64,000 bases of DNA, from NCBI GenBank assembly GCA_036337945.1, contig JAYZDF010000089.1, positions 5,609-69,608 of the forward strand. Reading direction: 5' to 3'. Source of the DNA: Myxococcota bacterium (lineage in GTDB: Bacteria; Myxococcota; Kuafuiibacteriia; Kuafuiibacteriales; Kuafuiibacteriaceae). The number at the start of each line of letters is the position of its first letter. The stretch's first letter is position 1. Below, in pieces: positions 19,506 through 28,625 of this stretch. The notes under the pieces were generated by a model. It was not told the DNA's origin. It saw only the letters and a list, made by a program, of their open reading frames with translations, and searched no databases. A program made the translations under genes and the position numbers.

Positions 19506-20300
19506 ATGGGGCATAAAGAACAACTAGGAATGGTAGACGTAGATGACTGCACTGAAATGCTGAAAGATCTCGTTGAGAAGCATCCGGACTTATTCGGGCA
19601 ATTCCTAGGTCAACTCGACTTATCATGGATTTACCATGAGAATGCGCTGGAAGGCGTCGTAATCACACACGCGGAAATGGAATCGGCACTGAAGGGCCGC
19701 CCGATTGCGCTCGACACCTATTATCCCATTCGAAACCAAAAACTCGGGTTAAGCCTTATTCGAGACATCGCCTCTACTGATGAAGACTTCAAAATCGACC
19801 TCGAGTTGATGCATCGGATAAACCGAGTTTTATCGACCGACGAAAACGGGACTCCAGACGAGCGCGAATATCGAAAATTTATTCCACTGCATCGGACCTA
19901 CTTTCACGAAATCGCTCAGCCAGAGCATATCGAGCAAAAAATGGAGGACCTTGTTCAGTGGGCCAATGACAATATGCCCACCGACGAAAACGCCATTATG
20001 TTCGCTGCGGAGTTTCATCTTCGGTTTATGAAAATCTTCCCATTTTCGAAGCACTCCGGAAAGGTGGGCCGCCTTCTACTGAACCTTATCCTAATGCGTT
20101 ATGGCTACATGCCAGTGATTTTCCACGGAACGGAGCGTCAGCGCTATTATGACACCCTGCGTCATGGACCTCGCCAAATGGAAGACTTCCTGCGAGGAAT
20201 GATGATGAATTGCATCGATAACGCAGAAAAATTCATCGAAAATGAGCTGAAGGAGCGAGAAAAGCGCGAGTTCCGTCAGCGTTTCATGAACGCAGGATAA
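19506..20300 (+). CDS. Fic-domain protein with non-canonical active site
   Basis: Alpha-inh-like YHENALEG; core H..F.KIFPFSKHSGKVGRLL where HPFxDGNGRxxR is expected; RQRYY helix; GGGGGA RBS. Confidence 0.85.
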   Translation: MGHKEQLGMVDVDDCTEMLKDLVEKHPDLFGQFLGQLDLSWIYHENALEGVVITHAEMESALKGRPIALDTYYPIRNQKLGLSLIRDIASTDEDFKIDLELMHRINRVLSTDENGTPDEREYRKFIPLHRTYFHEIAQPEHIEQKMEDLVQWANDNMPTDENAIMFAAEFHLRFMKIFPFSKHSGKVGRLLLNLILMRYGYMPVIFHGTERQRYYDTLRHGPRQMEDFLRGMMMNCIDNAEKFIENELKEREKREFRQRFMNAG

Positions 20301-20337
20301 ACTGGCGATTTATCGCAAAATTCGCAATGCTTGAGCC

Positions 20338-21507
20338 GTGAGGATAATCCGCTCGGCTCAAACAATTGCTCCCTTCGGGGACCTTGTTTGCGACCTGCCC
20401 TTTCTGGACGTCAGCTTTGAACAGTTCAGGCGCAGGGAGGTAGAACAAGCCCGCGTAAACTCAAACGACCTATGCTTCGCCTCTTGGGCCTTTGCTTCCG
20501 CTCCAATTCTCGAGGCTTTTAGACGTCAAACCAAACCCGGAAACCCTTCTCGCCTGTCATTACCGGCCGGTCACGTCAGTCGCAGTTTTCAACCTTTGAG
20601 CAGTATCAAGAGCCAAGATGAACAACTCCTATTCGACATATTTATTTATGCTGACCCGAATGCCTCGCTAGAGGAACTTCGGCAAACCTGCACTCCCGTG
20701 TGCGTCGAAACCGAATCCAAAACAAATATACGCCAGCTGCCTCGTATAGGTTCAGGGCCGTCTGAGGTTGAATATCCGATTGATGGACGCCTCGCCGTTC
20801 ACCTTCATCACTGGGTTCATTTACTTTGGGCTATTCCGTGCCTTGTACCGAGACTTCTCAAAAATGCTAGAAATCGTGTTGGGCGTAATGTGACCATTCA
20901 CCCCACGGCTTATCTTGAAAATGCGGTAATTGGAGACAATACCCAAATCGGCGCAGGTTGTTTCATCTCAAATAGCTACATTGGACCAGGCAGCCAACTG
21001 TTTGATTTTACCAAAGTACGCCACAGCGTTTTGGGACATGGAACCCATACCCTGGCAGACGCCAGTTTCTCGCACGTGGTGTCTTTCGGCGGCGCAACAC
21101 TTTCTAATCTGCTACTCCGCGATGTCATACTTGGGCGTAATTGCTTTGTGACTACCGGCGTAATTTTCCAAGATCAGTCCATAGACGAACCTGTTCATGT
21201 CTTGGACGCAGGTAAAGAAGTCAATACCGAGCGTATGGCACTCGGTGGATGCGCGGGCCATGGCTGCGTACTGGGGGCACGCGCGATTATCGCCCCAGGT
21301 CGTGCTCTTCCAAACCGAACCACCATCGTCATGAGACGAGCGGAAGGAGTACACAAAATCTCGCCCGAACACACGAAGATGCCCGTATGTTGGAATGAAG
21401 GGACTCTGACGCCGGCAGCCGAGATGCTCAGCGAAGGTGGAGTCGACGAATTCGAAGATGATCGAAGACTGTACTCTAGAGACAGCAACCCTCAGAGGTA
21501 TGCATGA
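20338..21507 (+). CDS. nucleotidyltransferase-like N-domain + left-handed beta-helix protein (paralog 1)
   Basis: Hexapeptide repeats (VGRNVTIHPTAYLENAVIGDNTQIGAGCFI); HWVHLLW motif. Confidence 0.75.
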   Translation: MRIIRSAQTIAPFGDLVCDLPFLDVSFEQFRRREVEQARVNSNDLCFASWAFASAPILEAFRRQTKPGNPSRLSLPAGHVSRSFQPLSSIKSQDEQLLFDIFIYADPNASLEELRQTCTPVCVETESKTNIRQLPRIGSGPSEVEYPIDGRLAVHLHHWVHLLWAIPCLVPRLLKNARNRVGRNVTIHPTAYLENAVIGDNTQIGAGCFISNSYIGPGSQLFDFTKVRHSVLGHGTHTLADASFSHVVSFGGATLSNLLLRDVILGRNCFVTTGVIFQDQSIDEPVHVLDAGKEVNTERMALGGCAGHGCVLGARAIIAPGRALPNRTTIVMRRAEGVHKISPEHTKMPVCWNEGTLTPAAEMLSEGGVDEFEDDRRLYSRDSNPQRYA

Positions 21508-22808
21508 TGGCAAGTTCGGGAAGATATAAGGGTCGAATGGTCGTCCTGCGAACAGATACGGTGATTACTCCGTTCAACGAACACCCACGTTTATCAATAT
21601 TCACAGATCAGACGATTGAAGCATGGCAACATGACACGGCTTCTAAAAGCAAACTTGAACTCGTGAAAGCAGACTCACCCGAACAGGCGGTAGAACTTCT
21701 TGCTGAGTGCAAGCCAACTCAATTTGGAGTTCTCATTCTAGATCGTCACTTTATTACGCCGAAAATCCTTAAGGACTTTATTCGAGTCTCAAAGAAATCG
21801 GATAGTGAGTGCCTAAGGCTTTCACTCACACGAAACGCGTCCGTCGAGTACACCGAACCGTTACAGACTTTAGACAAAAACGGCGATCGCATCGCACACG
21901 ACATTTACTTCTTTAAAAACAGTCGTTCTGTTTTACCCGCCGACGGAGAATGGCTGAGTGAACTTAGGAAACTCGCAACGTGGATTGACGTCCCCAAAAA
22001 AGAGCTTGTTCGAAATATTCCCTTACCTACAATCGGAGAACGGAAAGCAACAACCATGCGTTATCCAGTGACGACCAGTGTTGTCGTCTCCATAGAACAC
22101 TGGGTGCATATCCTCTGGTTAAATCAACTTTCGTTTGGAATAAGATGGGTGGACTTAGTTTTGCGACAACGACCCTTTTGGGCGCTTTTTAAGGCCTTTT
22201 CGGCGCTATCGTTTAATATTGAGAACATTATGAATCGCTTAGTGTCCCGAGGGTCGGGCTGTAAAATTCATCCTACTGCACAAATTTCAGGTTCAATTAT
22301 TGGAAGTGGCGTAACGATTGGACCGAACGTCACGATTAGAAACTCGTACATCTGCCCAAATGCAGTCATCCAAGACCACGCTGTAATCTTGAATTCAGTC
22401 ATTGGAGAAGATGCCCTCGTCCTCGAAAACACGTTTCTCGTTAGCTCCACATGTTATCCGGAATCGACGGTCGGAAATTACAAGCTTCAGGTATCTCTGA
22501 TTGGCCGTGGAGCTTATGTAAATGCCTGGGCAGGCTTCGTTGATGCAAAGTTCGTCGGTTCCGTAAATGTGAGTCATAAAGGAGAATTGACGAGTACAAA
22601 CCGGTCATTTTTGGGCTCAGTAGTTGGACATGGCGCGAAAGTCGCTGCCAAAGTTCTGATCCACCCTGGACGCGAAATTCCAAACGAAACAGTCATTGTC
22701 ATGCGTCCAGACGAAATCGTTTCGGTTGTTCCGGATGATATAGAACCAAATCAGCCGCTCGTTCGGCATGAGGGCACACTTGTTCCTCTTGGAATGGAGA
22801 AATCCTAA
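21504..22808 (+). CDS. nucleotidyltransferase-like N-domain + left-handed beta-helix protein (paralog 2)
   Basis: Hexapeptide repeats (GCKIHPTAQISGSIIGSGVTIGPNVTI); HWVHILW motif; ATGA overlap with paralog 1. Confidence 0.75.
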   Translation: MMASSGRYKGRMVVLRTDTVITPFNEHPRLSIFTDQTIEAWQHDTASKSKLELVKADSPEQAVELLAECKPTQFGVLILDRHFITPKILKDFIRVSKKSDSECLRLSLTRNASVEYTEPLQTLDKNGDRIAHDIYFFKNSRSVLPADGEWLSELRKLATWIDVPKKELVRNIPLPTIGERKATTMRYPVTTSVVVSIEHWVHILWLNQLSFGIRWVDLVLRQRPFWALFKAFSALSFNIENIMNRLVSRGSGCKIHPTAQISGSIIGSGVTIGPNVTIRNSYICPNAVIQDHAVILNSVIGEDALVLENTFLVSSTCYPESTVGNYKLQVSLIGRGAYVNAWAGFVDAKFVGSVNVSHKGELTSTNRSFLGSVVGHGAKVAAKVLIHPGREIPNETVIVMRPDEIVSVVPDDIEPNQPLVRHEGTLVPLGMEKS

Positions 22809-23507
22809 ATGAGTATCGCTTTGATTCCTCTGATACAGAAAGTATTGTTTGCGGGGCTCGTCAGCGGGCAACTTCCGATACCGGACCATGCTCCGATGTC
22901 GATCGCCGAACTAGACAACCTTGGGGAGAAGCTCAAGGCGCGAGTCGTATACGTTACGGCGAAAGAAAAACAACCGCGCACAAGTATCATCTCTGCTCAA
23001 CTTCGGGATGGATTTGGTGTCGCTCTCAATGACAACACCATCGCAATCATGTCGTTGATTGTTCAGAGTTCCGCCGAAATTATGATCCATGGCCCATCTA
23101 GAAAAGCCCTCAAAGGGATCCTGCTCGCCGAGAATCCAAAGTCACGCGTGAGCTTGATTCGTGCAAAAGGGTCTCTGAGTTCTATCGGTTTAGTAGCCTC
23201 TGAGTGGGTTGCCGAGGCACAACTGCAAGTAGGCTTGCCTACCTTCGCCTTGTCGAGCACTCTCGGCAAACCCGAAATCCAAGAATTTTTTCTCACCCAT
23301 ACCGGACTCGAAATAGGCTACGAAGGCACCCCTCGCCTCAACCACCCACTGCAAAATGGGATGCCAGTTTTCAACGCAAGTGCCCAGTGTCTAGGGTTCG
23401 CCCGAGCGGGCTTATGGGATGTAGACAAGAACCTTTTGGTGCCTGCGAAAGCGATACACGAAGCATTCGCAAACGAATCATCACGCCCCAACAGCTCGAA
23501 CCGATAA
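22809..23507 (+). CDS. trypsin/HtrA-fold protein lacking the catalytic triad
   Basis: Aligns by eye to the HtrA protease domain (GFGV, LQVG, GMPVFN...CLGF, LLVP) with H, D and S replaced. Confidence 0.65.
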   Translation: MSIALIPLIQKVLFAGLVSGQLPIPDHAPMSIAELDNLGEKLKARVVYVTAKEKQPRTSIISAQLRDGFGVALNDNTIAIMSLIVQSSAEIMIHGPSRKALKGILLAENPKSRVSLIRAKGSLSSIGLVASEWVAEAQLQVGLPTFALSSTLGKPEIQEFFLTHTGLEIGYEGTPRLNHPLQNGMPVFNASAQCLGFARAGLWDVDKNLLVPAKAIHEAFANESSRPNSSNR

Positions 23508-23723
23508 ATTGACTCTTTCTTCCTTCGTACTGGAAGATTTCCAGCATTTATCTGTCATTTTCATCATTTAGTTCTGAACATCGGCGACTTAACCGTGCTA
23601 CGCCCCATATGTACGGTTGTTGGGTCTTGCCTGGGGGTAAGAAAATCTGCGTTGATGTAGTATAGACTTGACCAGGGGGACCCTGAGGGTTTAGCGCTCA
23701 GCCAACCGAACGGAGTGTACGGA

Positions 23724-24794
23724 ATGGTAGTTGCCCGAAGTAAACCACCTGCTGAATCGAGCCTGCTCGGCCGCTTGAGCCGCCTGAGCGGAGAAAACGG
23801 TAGCGAGACCGTTTCCCGTCGGTTGTCGAACCTAAAGTCGATTCTCACGAAGGACTTAGCTCGAGTTGAGGCTGCCCTCTCCGAAGTCGTAACACCAGAG
23901 CACATTGCGGGTCAAAGCGCATCCCAGCTCCTAAGCTTATCAGGGAAAAGGCTAAGACCACTCTGTGTAGCACTCGCTGCCCGAACCGGGTCAGGCTTCA
24001 ACCCTGCTGCGTTGAACATTGGCGTCGCGGTGGAACTCGTCCATAGCGCGACGCTCCTTCATGATGATGTCGTCGACGTAGGCACCACAAGACGCAACCA
24101 GCCGTGTGCGCGTCTCTTGTACGGAAACGCTGCTGCCATCTTCGGTGGTGATTGGCTGCTTGTAGCTGCTCTGCGACGAGTCATTGCTTCAGGTCTCTCG
24201 GGAGCCGTTGATGAGGTCCTCGACGTCATCGAGAAAATGATTGAGGCCGAAGCGATGCAGCTCGAAGCCCGAGGATCACTTGATTTCGATATCAAGAACT
24301 ACATGAGAATCATCGAAGGCAAAACCGCCGTTCTGTTTCACTGGGCGATGGGGGCTGGAGCTCGTGCTGGCGAACAAACAGATGAAGCCGTCCAAGCACT
24401 CGAGAATTATGGACGAAACCTCGGCCTCGCATTTCAGATTGTCGATGACACACTTGACCTCACTGGAGAGGCAGCGGTCACTGGAAAAGCCTTGTTTACG
24501 GATTTACGTGAAGGAAAAATGACATACCCACTCATCATTGGTGCGCAGAGAGATAAAGGACTCGTTGCGATGCTTGAAGAGGTGAACACTAATGATGCAG
24601 CAGATGAACTTTCGTTGGACCTCAGACACTCCATTCTGGGCAGCCTTGTGAATAGTGGAGCTGTCGAAACATCAATGGCCTTTGCAAGGGACCTCTCAGA
24701 CCAAGCGCGAAAAAGTCTTAGCGCACTCCCTCCAAGCGCCGCCCGGACAGCCCTCGAGCTCGTTGCCGAGGAGGCGCTGCATCGCAAGAGCTAA
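23724..24794 (+). CDS. polyprenyl diphosphate synthase (IspB/HepT-like)
   Basis: GKRLRP, LLHDDVVD..RR, KTA, FQIVDD, DLREGK.T.P. Confidence 0.93.
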   Translation: MVVARSKPPAESSLLGRLSRLSGENGSETVSRRLSNLKSILTKDLARVEAALSEVVTPEHIAGQSASQLLSLSGKRLRPLCVALAARTGSGFNPAALNIGVAVELVHSATLLHDDVVDVGTTRRNQPCARLLYGNAAAIFGGDWLLVAALRRVIASGLSGAVDEVLDVIEKMIEAEAMQLEARGSLDFDIKNYMRIIEGKTAVLFHWAMGAGARAGEQTDEAVQALENYGRNLGLAFQIVDDTLDLTGEAAVTGKALFTDLREGKMTYPLIIGAQRDKGLVAMLEEVNTNDAADELSLDLRHSILGSLVNSGAVETSMAFARDLSDQARKSLSALPPSAARTALELVAEEALHRKS

Positions 24795-24821
24795 CCGGCT
24801 GAGTTCAAGGTGAAGTAACGA

Positions 24822-25544
24822 ATGAAATCCGAATCACTCACTCCAGTAGCTAAAGGGGGCATCGGCGGCTCCGGCGAGATGTTCGATGCCATCGCGCATA
24901 GGTACGACCGTTTGAACCGTATTTTGTCGATGGGTCTCGATCAGGGTTGGCGCAAAACAACTCTCAAGAAGATTGGTCTACGTGATGGTCATAAGGTTTT
25001 AGACCTCGCGACTGGGACTGGAGACCTCGCCATGCTTCAAGCCAACACGACCAGCCAGATCGTCGGGCTAGACCCCTCTGCGAATATGCTGGCCGTGGCT
25101 CAAGAGAAAGTAGATTCGAGTGGAATCAGTGACCGAGTTAAGCTCGTTCTTGGCGACGCCCAAGACTTGGAATTTCCTGACAACCATTTCGATCGAGTCA
25201 CGATTGCCTTTGGAATTCGGAATGTGCCGGACCGGATGCAGGGATTAAGAGAAATGGTCCGTGTTCTGAAGCCAGGAGGAATGGTTGGAATTCTCGAACT
25301 CAATGAACCGGAACGTGGAGTACTCGCAGCGGGCGCAAAGCTTTACATAAGAAGGATCGTTCCCTGGATCGGCGCAATTCTCTCAGGCTCAAAAGAGTAC
25401 AGATACCTACAAGAATCCATTGCTGCCTTTCCGAATAACAATGATTTTAAGGAAATGATGCGAACGGCAGGTTTCACTAAACCAGAAGCCTACCCCCTGA
25501 CCTTCGGCGTTTGTACACTATTTGTTGGAACGAAGGGACCCTAG
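24822..25544 (+). CDS. ubiE: demethylmenaquinone methyltransferase
   Basis: MFDAIAHRYDRLNRILS, VLDLATGTGD, FGIRNV, YRYLQESI; located in the men cluster (MenG function). Confidence 0.93.
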   Translation: MKSESLTPVAKGGIGGSGEMFDAIAHRYDRLNRILSMGLDQGWRKTTLKKIGLRDGHKVLDLATGTGDLAMLQANTTSQIVGLDPSANMLAVAQEKVDSSGISDRVKLVLGDAQDLEFPDNHFDRVTIAFGIRNVPDRMQGLREMVRVLKPGGMVGILELNEPERGVLAAGAKLYIRRIVPWIGAILSGSKEYRYLQESIAAFPNNNDFKEMMRTAGFTKPEAYPLTFGVCTLFVGTKGP

Positions 25545-25547
25545 AAG

Positions 25548-26897
25548 ATGGTTAGTCATGCGGCACCTCTACCTTCGGCCAAACTGCGAGATCAAAGCCG
25601 CGGTTCGAAATACGCGGTGGCTATCTATGACGCGCCTCTGATCGACCCCCTTCACTTTATCTCGAAAGAGACCTCACAATCGACGTATCTGTGGTTACCG
25701 CCATCTCCAAAAAAAGCCTGGGTAGGAGTCGGGTGTCTGGAGAGAATAACAGCTGAGTCTACTGACAGATTTCAAGACCAAAAGCAGCAATCAACAAGGA
25801 TCTTCTCGCAACTCGCTGAACCAGGCTTCACCAACTTATTACCCCCACGCGCCCGCCTGTTCGGAGGCTTTTCATTTGCAGAGCAGACGAGCAACGGAGA
25901 AAGCCAATGGAATGACTTCAGCAACAGCGAGTTCGTTCTTCCTAAATGGTCATACGAAATCGACTCAGGCCGCGCATTCGTAACAGTTTATTACCCTTCG
26001 TCATCACATCCCGACACCTGTAAAAAGCGCGCGTTTGCGCACCTCGCGAAAGTTGCCTCGAACCACTTTGAGCCTAGCAGTGAGGAGTTACAGCTCGTCG
26101 AAAAAGCTCACGCTGCTTCAGAGTGGGGTGAAAGAATCAAATCGATTCAAGCGTCTATCGAGTCCGGCGAAGTGGGCAAAGTGGTTGCTGCACGTCAGAC
26201 AGAACTACACAGCCAACGCAGGATTGATATCAGAAACGTACTTGAAAACCTGCGACAAGCAGACCCTACATCAACGCTCTTTTCATTCCCCTCAGAAAAA
26301 AGCGTTTTCATTGGTGCGACACCTGAGACCTTAGTTAGGAAAGTGAAAAACCAACTCTATACAGAGGCTCTTGCTGGAACGGTTAATGCTCTAAATAGCA
26401 ATGCGGATAACACGCTTCAAAATAGCGACAAGGACCAAGACGAGCATAAATTCGTAAGAGACTATATCTTGTCCAAGATCGAAAACCTCTGCGTTACACT
26501 CTCGGTTGCTCCAGAACCGACACTACGTCGTCTAAAGGACGTGATGCATCTCTGCACGGCGATTTCTGGTGAATTAGCGAACGAAAGACATATCTTGGAC
26601 CTCGTTGAAGCACTTCACCCGACGCCTGCCGTCGCCGGGATGCCCGTACATGTAGCTCAGTCAATGATAAACCAAAGTGAGCCGTTCTCTCGCGGATGGT
26701 ACTCCGGCCCAATCGGCTGGTTCGATCGCGATGGAGACGGTGAATTTGCTGTTGCGCTGCGTTGTGGCCTGATCAATGATTCAAAGGCACACTTGTTTGC
26801 TGGTGCGGGTATTGTTCGCGAGTCCGAAACAGCATCGGAATATGAGGAAACCCGTCTAAAGCAACAGCCACTACTGCGTGCACTGAGACAAGGATGA
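25548..26897 (+). CDS. menF: isochorismate synthase
   Basis: KVVAAR, GATPETL, EALAGT, LHPTPAVAG, RGWYSGP, FAGAGIV. Confidence 0.92.
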   Translation: MVSHAAPLPSAKLRDQSRGSKYAVAIYDAPLIDPLHFISKETSQSTYLWLPPSPKKAWVGVGCLERITAESTDRFQDQKQQSTRIFSQLAEPGFTNLLPPRARLFGGFSFAEQTSNGESQWNDFSNSEFVLPKWSYEIDSGRAFVTVYYPSSSHPDTCKKRAFAHLAKVASNHFEPSSEELQLVEKAHAASEWGERIKSIQASIESGEVGKVVAARQTELHSQRRIDIRNVLENLRQADPTSTLFSFPSEKSVFIGATPETLVRKVKNQLYTEALAGTVNALNSNADNTLQNSDKDQDEHKFVRDYILSKIENLCVTLSVAPEPTLRRLKDVMHLCTAISGELANERHILDLVEALHPTPAVAGMPVHVAQSMINQSEPFSRGWYSGPIGWFDRDGDGEFAVALRCGLINDSKAHLFAGAGIVRESETASEYEETRLKQQPLLRALRQG

Positions 26898-28624
26898 GTG
26901 ACCAAATCGAGCAAACTCGTTGGACGAAAACCTTTATAAGAGCCTTAGTGCAAGCAGGTGTTAGATCGGCAGTCATAAGCCCCGGCTACAGAAACACGAG
27001 CTTGGTTTCCGCACTCCTCGAGCAGGATGTGGTTCAAACCTTTTCTGTTTTTGATGAAAGGGCTGCAGCCTATCTCGCTTTAGGACAAGCAAGAGTCACC
27101 CGACAACCAAGCTTACTTATTTGCACTTCCGGCACAGCCAGCGCGCATTATTTACCAGCAATTATTGAAGCAAGATACTCCGGACTACCGCTACTCGTTA
27201 TCACAGCCGACAGGCCTCTCCATCTCGACCAATGTGGCGCTCCGCAGACGATCAACCAGATCAATCTCTTTGGACACCATGTTCGAGGTTTTTTTGAGCT
27301 TGGAGACCCAAGAGGCGACGACAACTCCCTTCGCGCACTGATTAGAAAAGCAACACAGGCGTACGAAAAAACAACGTTTCCCGTGGCCGGACCTGTCCAT
27401 ATCAATTTTCGCTCCGAGAAGCCTCTTGAGCTAAACCAAGATAACAAGAAAGTAGACGAGCTATTTCATTCAGTCAGAGCCTCCAAGTCCATCTCGAGGC
27501 TTTGCGACGAGGATCTCTCCAAGTTCATCAGCGACTGCCTCAATTCGAAACGTGGCTTAATGGTCGCCGGCGCCCTGCCCCTTTTGTCTCAGCCTTTGAA
27601 GGAGCGAATTCTCTCCTTTGCGCAAGAACAAGGATTTGTTTTACATGCAGAAGCCACTAGTCAATTACGCTTCTCGTCATCTCCACAGCATCCCTCACCC
27701 ATCATCGACAACTTAGATGGTTATCTCAGAAACGAAAGCTTGCGAAATGGCTGCCGACCAGACCTCATTGTACAAATAGGAAAAGCGCCAGTCTCGAAAG
27801 GAGTACAACTACTTCTTCAAGAATGCTCAGGAACACCATTTTGGGTCATTTCTCCCGAGCAATGGAACGACGCAGACAATCGAGCAACCGTGCTCATCCG
27901 CACTCAAGTTGAAGACTTTTTTGAGCAATTAACCGAGACCCTGGGAACCCTGGATACCAAACAGGTGGACAAAGGCTGGCAGCAGCAACACGCTTCACTT
28001 TCTGCCGACTGTACGACACGTATCCAGAAGAGTCTCAGCTCAGCTTCACTGACCGAAGGCCAGATTACCCGTGCCCTATTATCCTCTGCGCCCGAATTCA
28101 GTACAGTCTTCGCAGCGAACGGTTTACCCGTGAGACACTTGGACACTTTCGGACCCGCGCATTCTGCGCAGCTTGATGTGCTATCGCAGCGTGGAACGAG
28201 CGGCATTGATGGGCAGATTTCTGGTGTCTTAGGCGCGGCAACAGTATCAAGTAAACCTATTGCCGCGCTTATCGGAGATATCGGCTTTCTCCACGATATC
28301 TCGGCGCTAGCGAATTCTAAGCTGGCTCAGCAGGCCGTTGTTTTCGTCGTAATCAATAACGGAGGCGGCCGCATTTTCGAGCAGCTACCCGTTGCTCGGA
28401 CAGGTATGCCCAAAACGAACTGGGAATATTGGACCACCCCACAGAACTTTAATCTGGCCCAAATTTGTGAAGGCTACGGGGTAAAAGTAGAGTCGTGGAA
28501 CTCGTTGGACCAGTTGGTGGCACCGCTCGAGGCGGCATACAATCATCACGGAGTCTCGGTTCTTGACGCACAAGTCGCGCCCGACAGTTTTTACCGTGAG
28601 TCTCAATTGCTTTGGGAGCAATAG
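26894..28624 (+). CDS. menD: SEPHCHC synthase
   Basis: ISPG.RNT.L, DERAAAY.ALG, CTSGTA, TADRP, RGTSGIDG, GDIGFLHD, NNGGGRIF. Confidence 0.95.
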   Translation: MSDQIEQTRWTKTFIRALVQAGVRSAVISPGYRNTSLVSALLEQDVVQTFSVFDERAAAYLALGQARVTRQPSLLICTSGTASAHYLPAIIEARYSGLPLLVITADRPLHLDQCGAPQTINQINLFGHHVRGFFELGDPRGDDNSLRALIRKATQAYEKTTFPVAGPVHINFRSEKPLELNQDNKKVDELFHSVRASKSISRLCDEDLSKFISDCLNSKRGLMVAGALPLLSQPLKERILSFAQEQGFVLHAEATSQLRFSSSPQHPSPIIDNLDGYLRNESLRNGCRPDLIVQIGKAPVSKGVQLLLQECSGTPFWVISPEQWNDADNRATVLIRTQVEDFFEQLTETLGTLDTKQVDKGWQQQHASLSADCTTRIQKSLSSASLTEGQITRALLSSAPEFSTVFAANGLPVRHLDTFGPAHSAQLDVLSQRGTSGIDGQISGVLGAATVSSKPIAALIGDIGFLHDISALANSKLAQQAVVFVVINNGGGRIFEQLPVARTGMPKTNWEYWTTPQNFNLAQICEGYGVKVESWNSLDQLVAPLEAAYNHHGVSVLDAQVAPDSFYRESQLLWEQ

Positions 28625-28625
28625 G

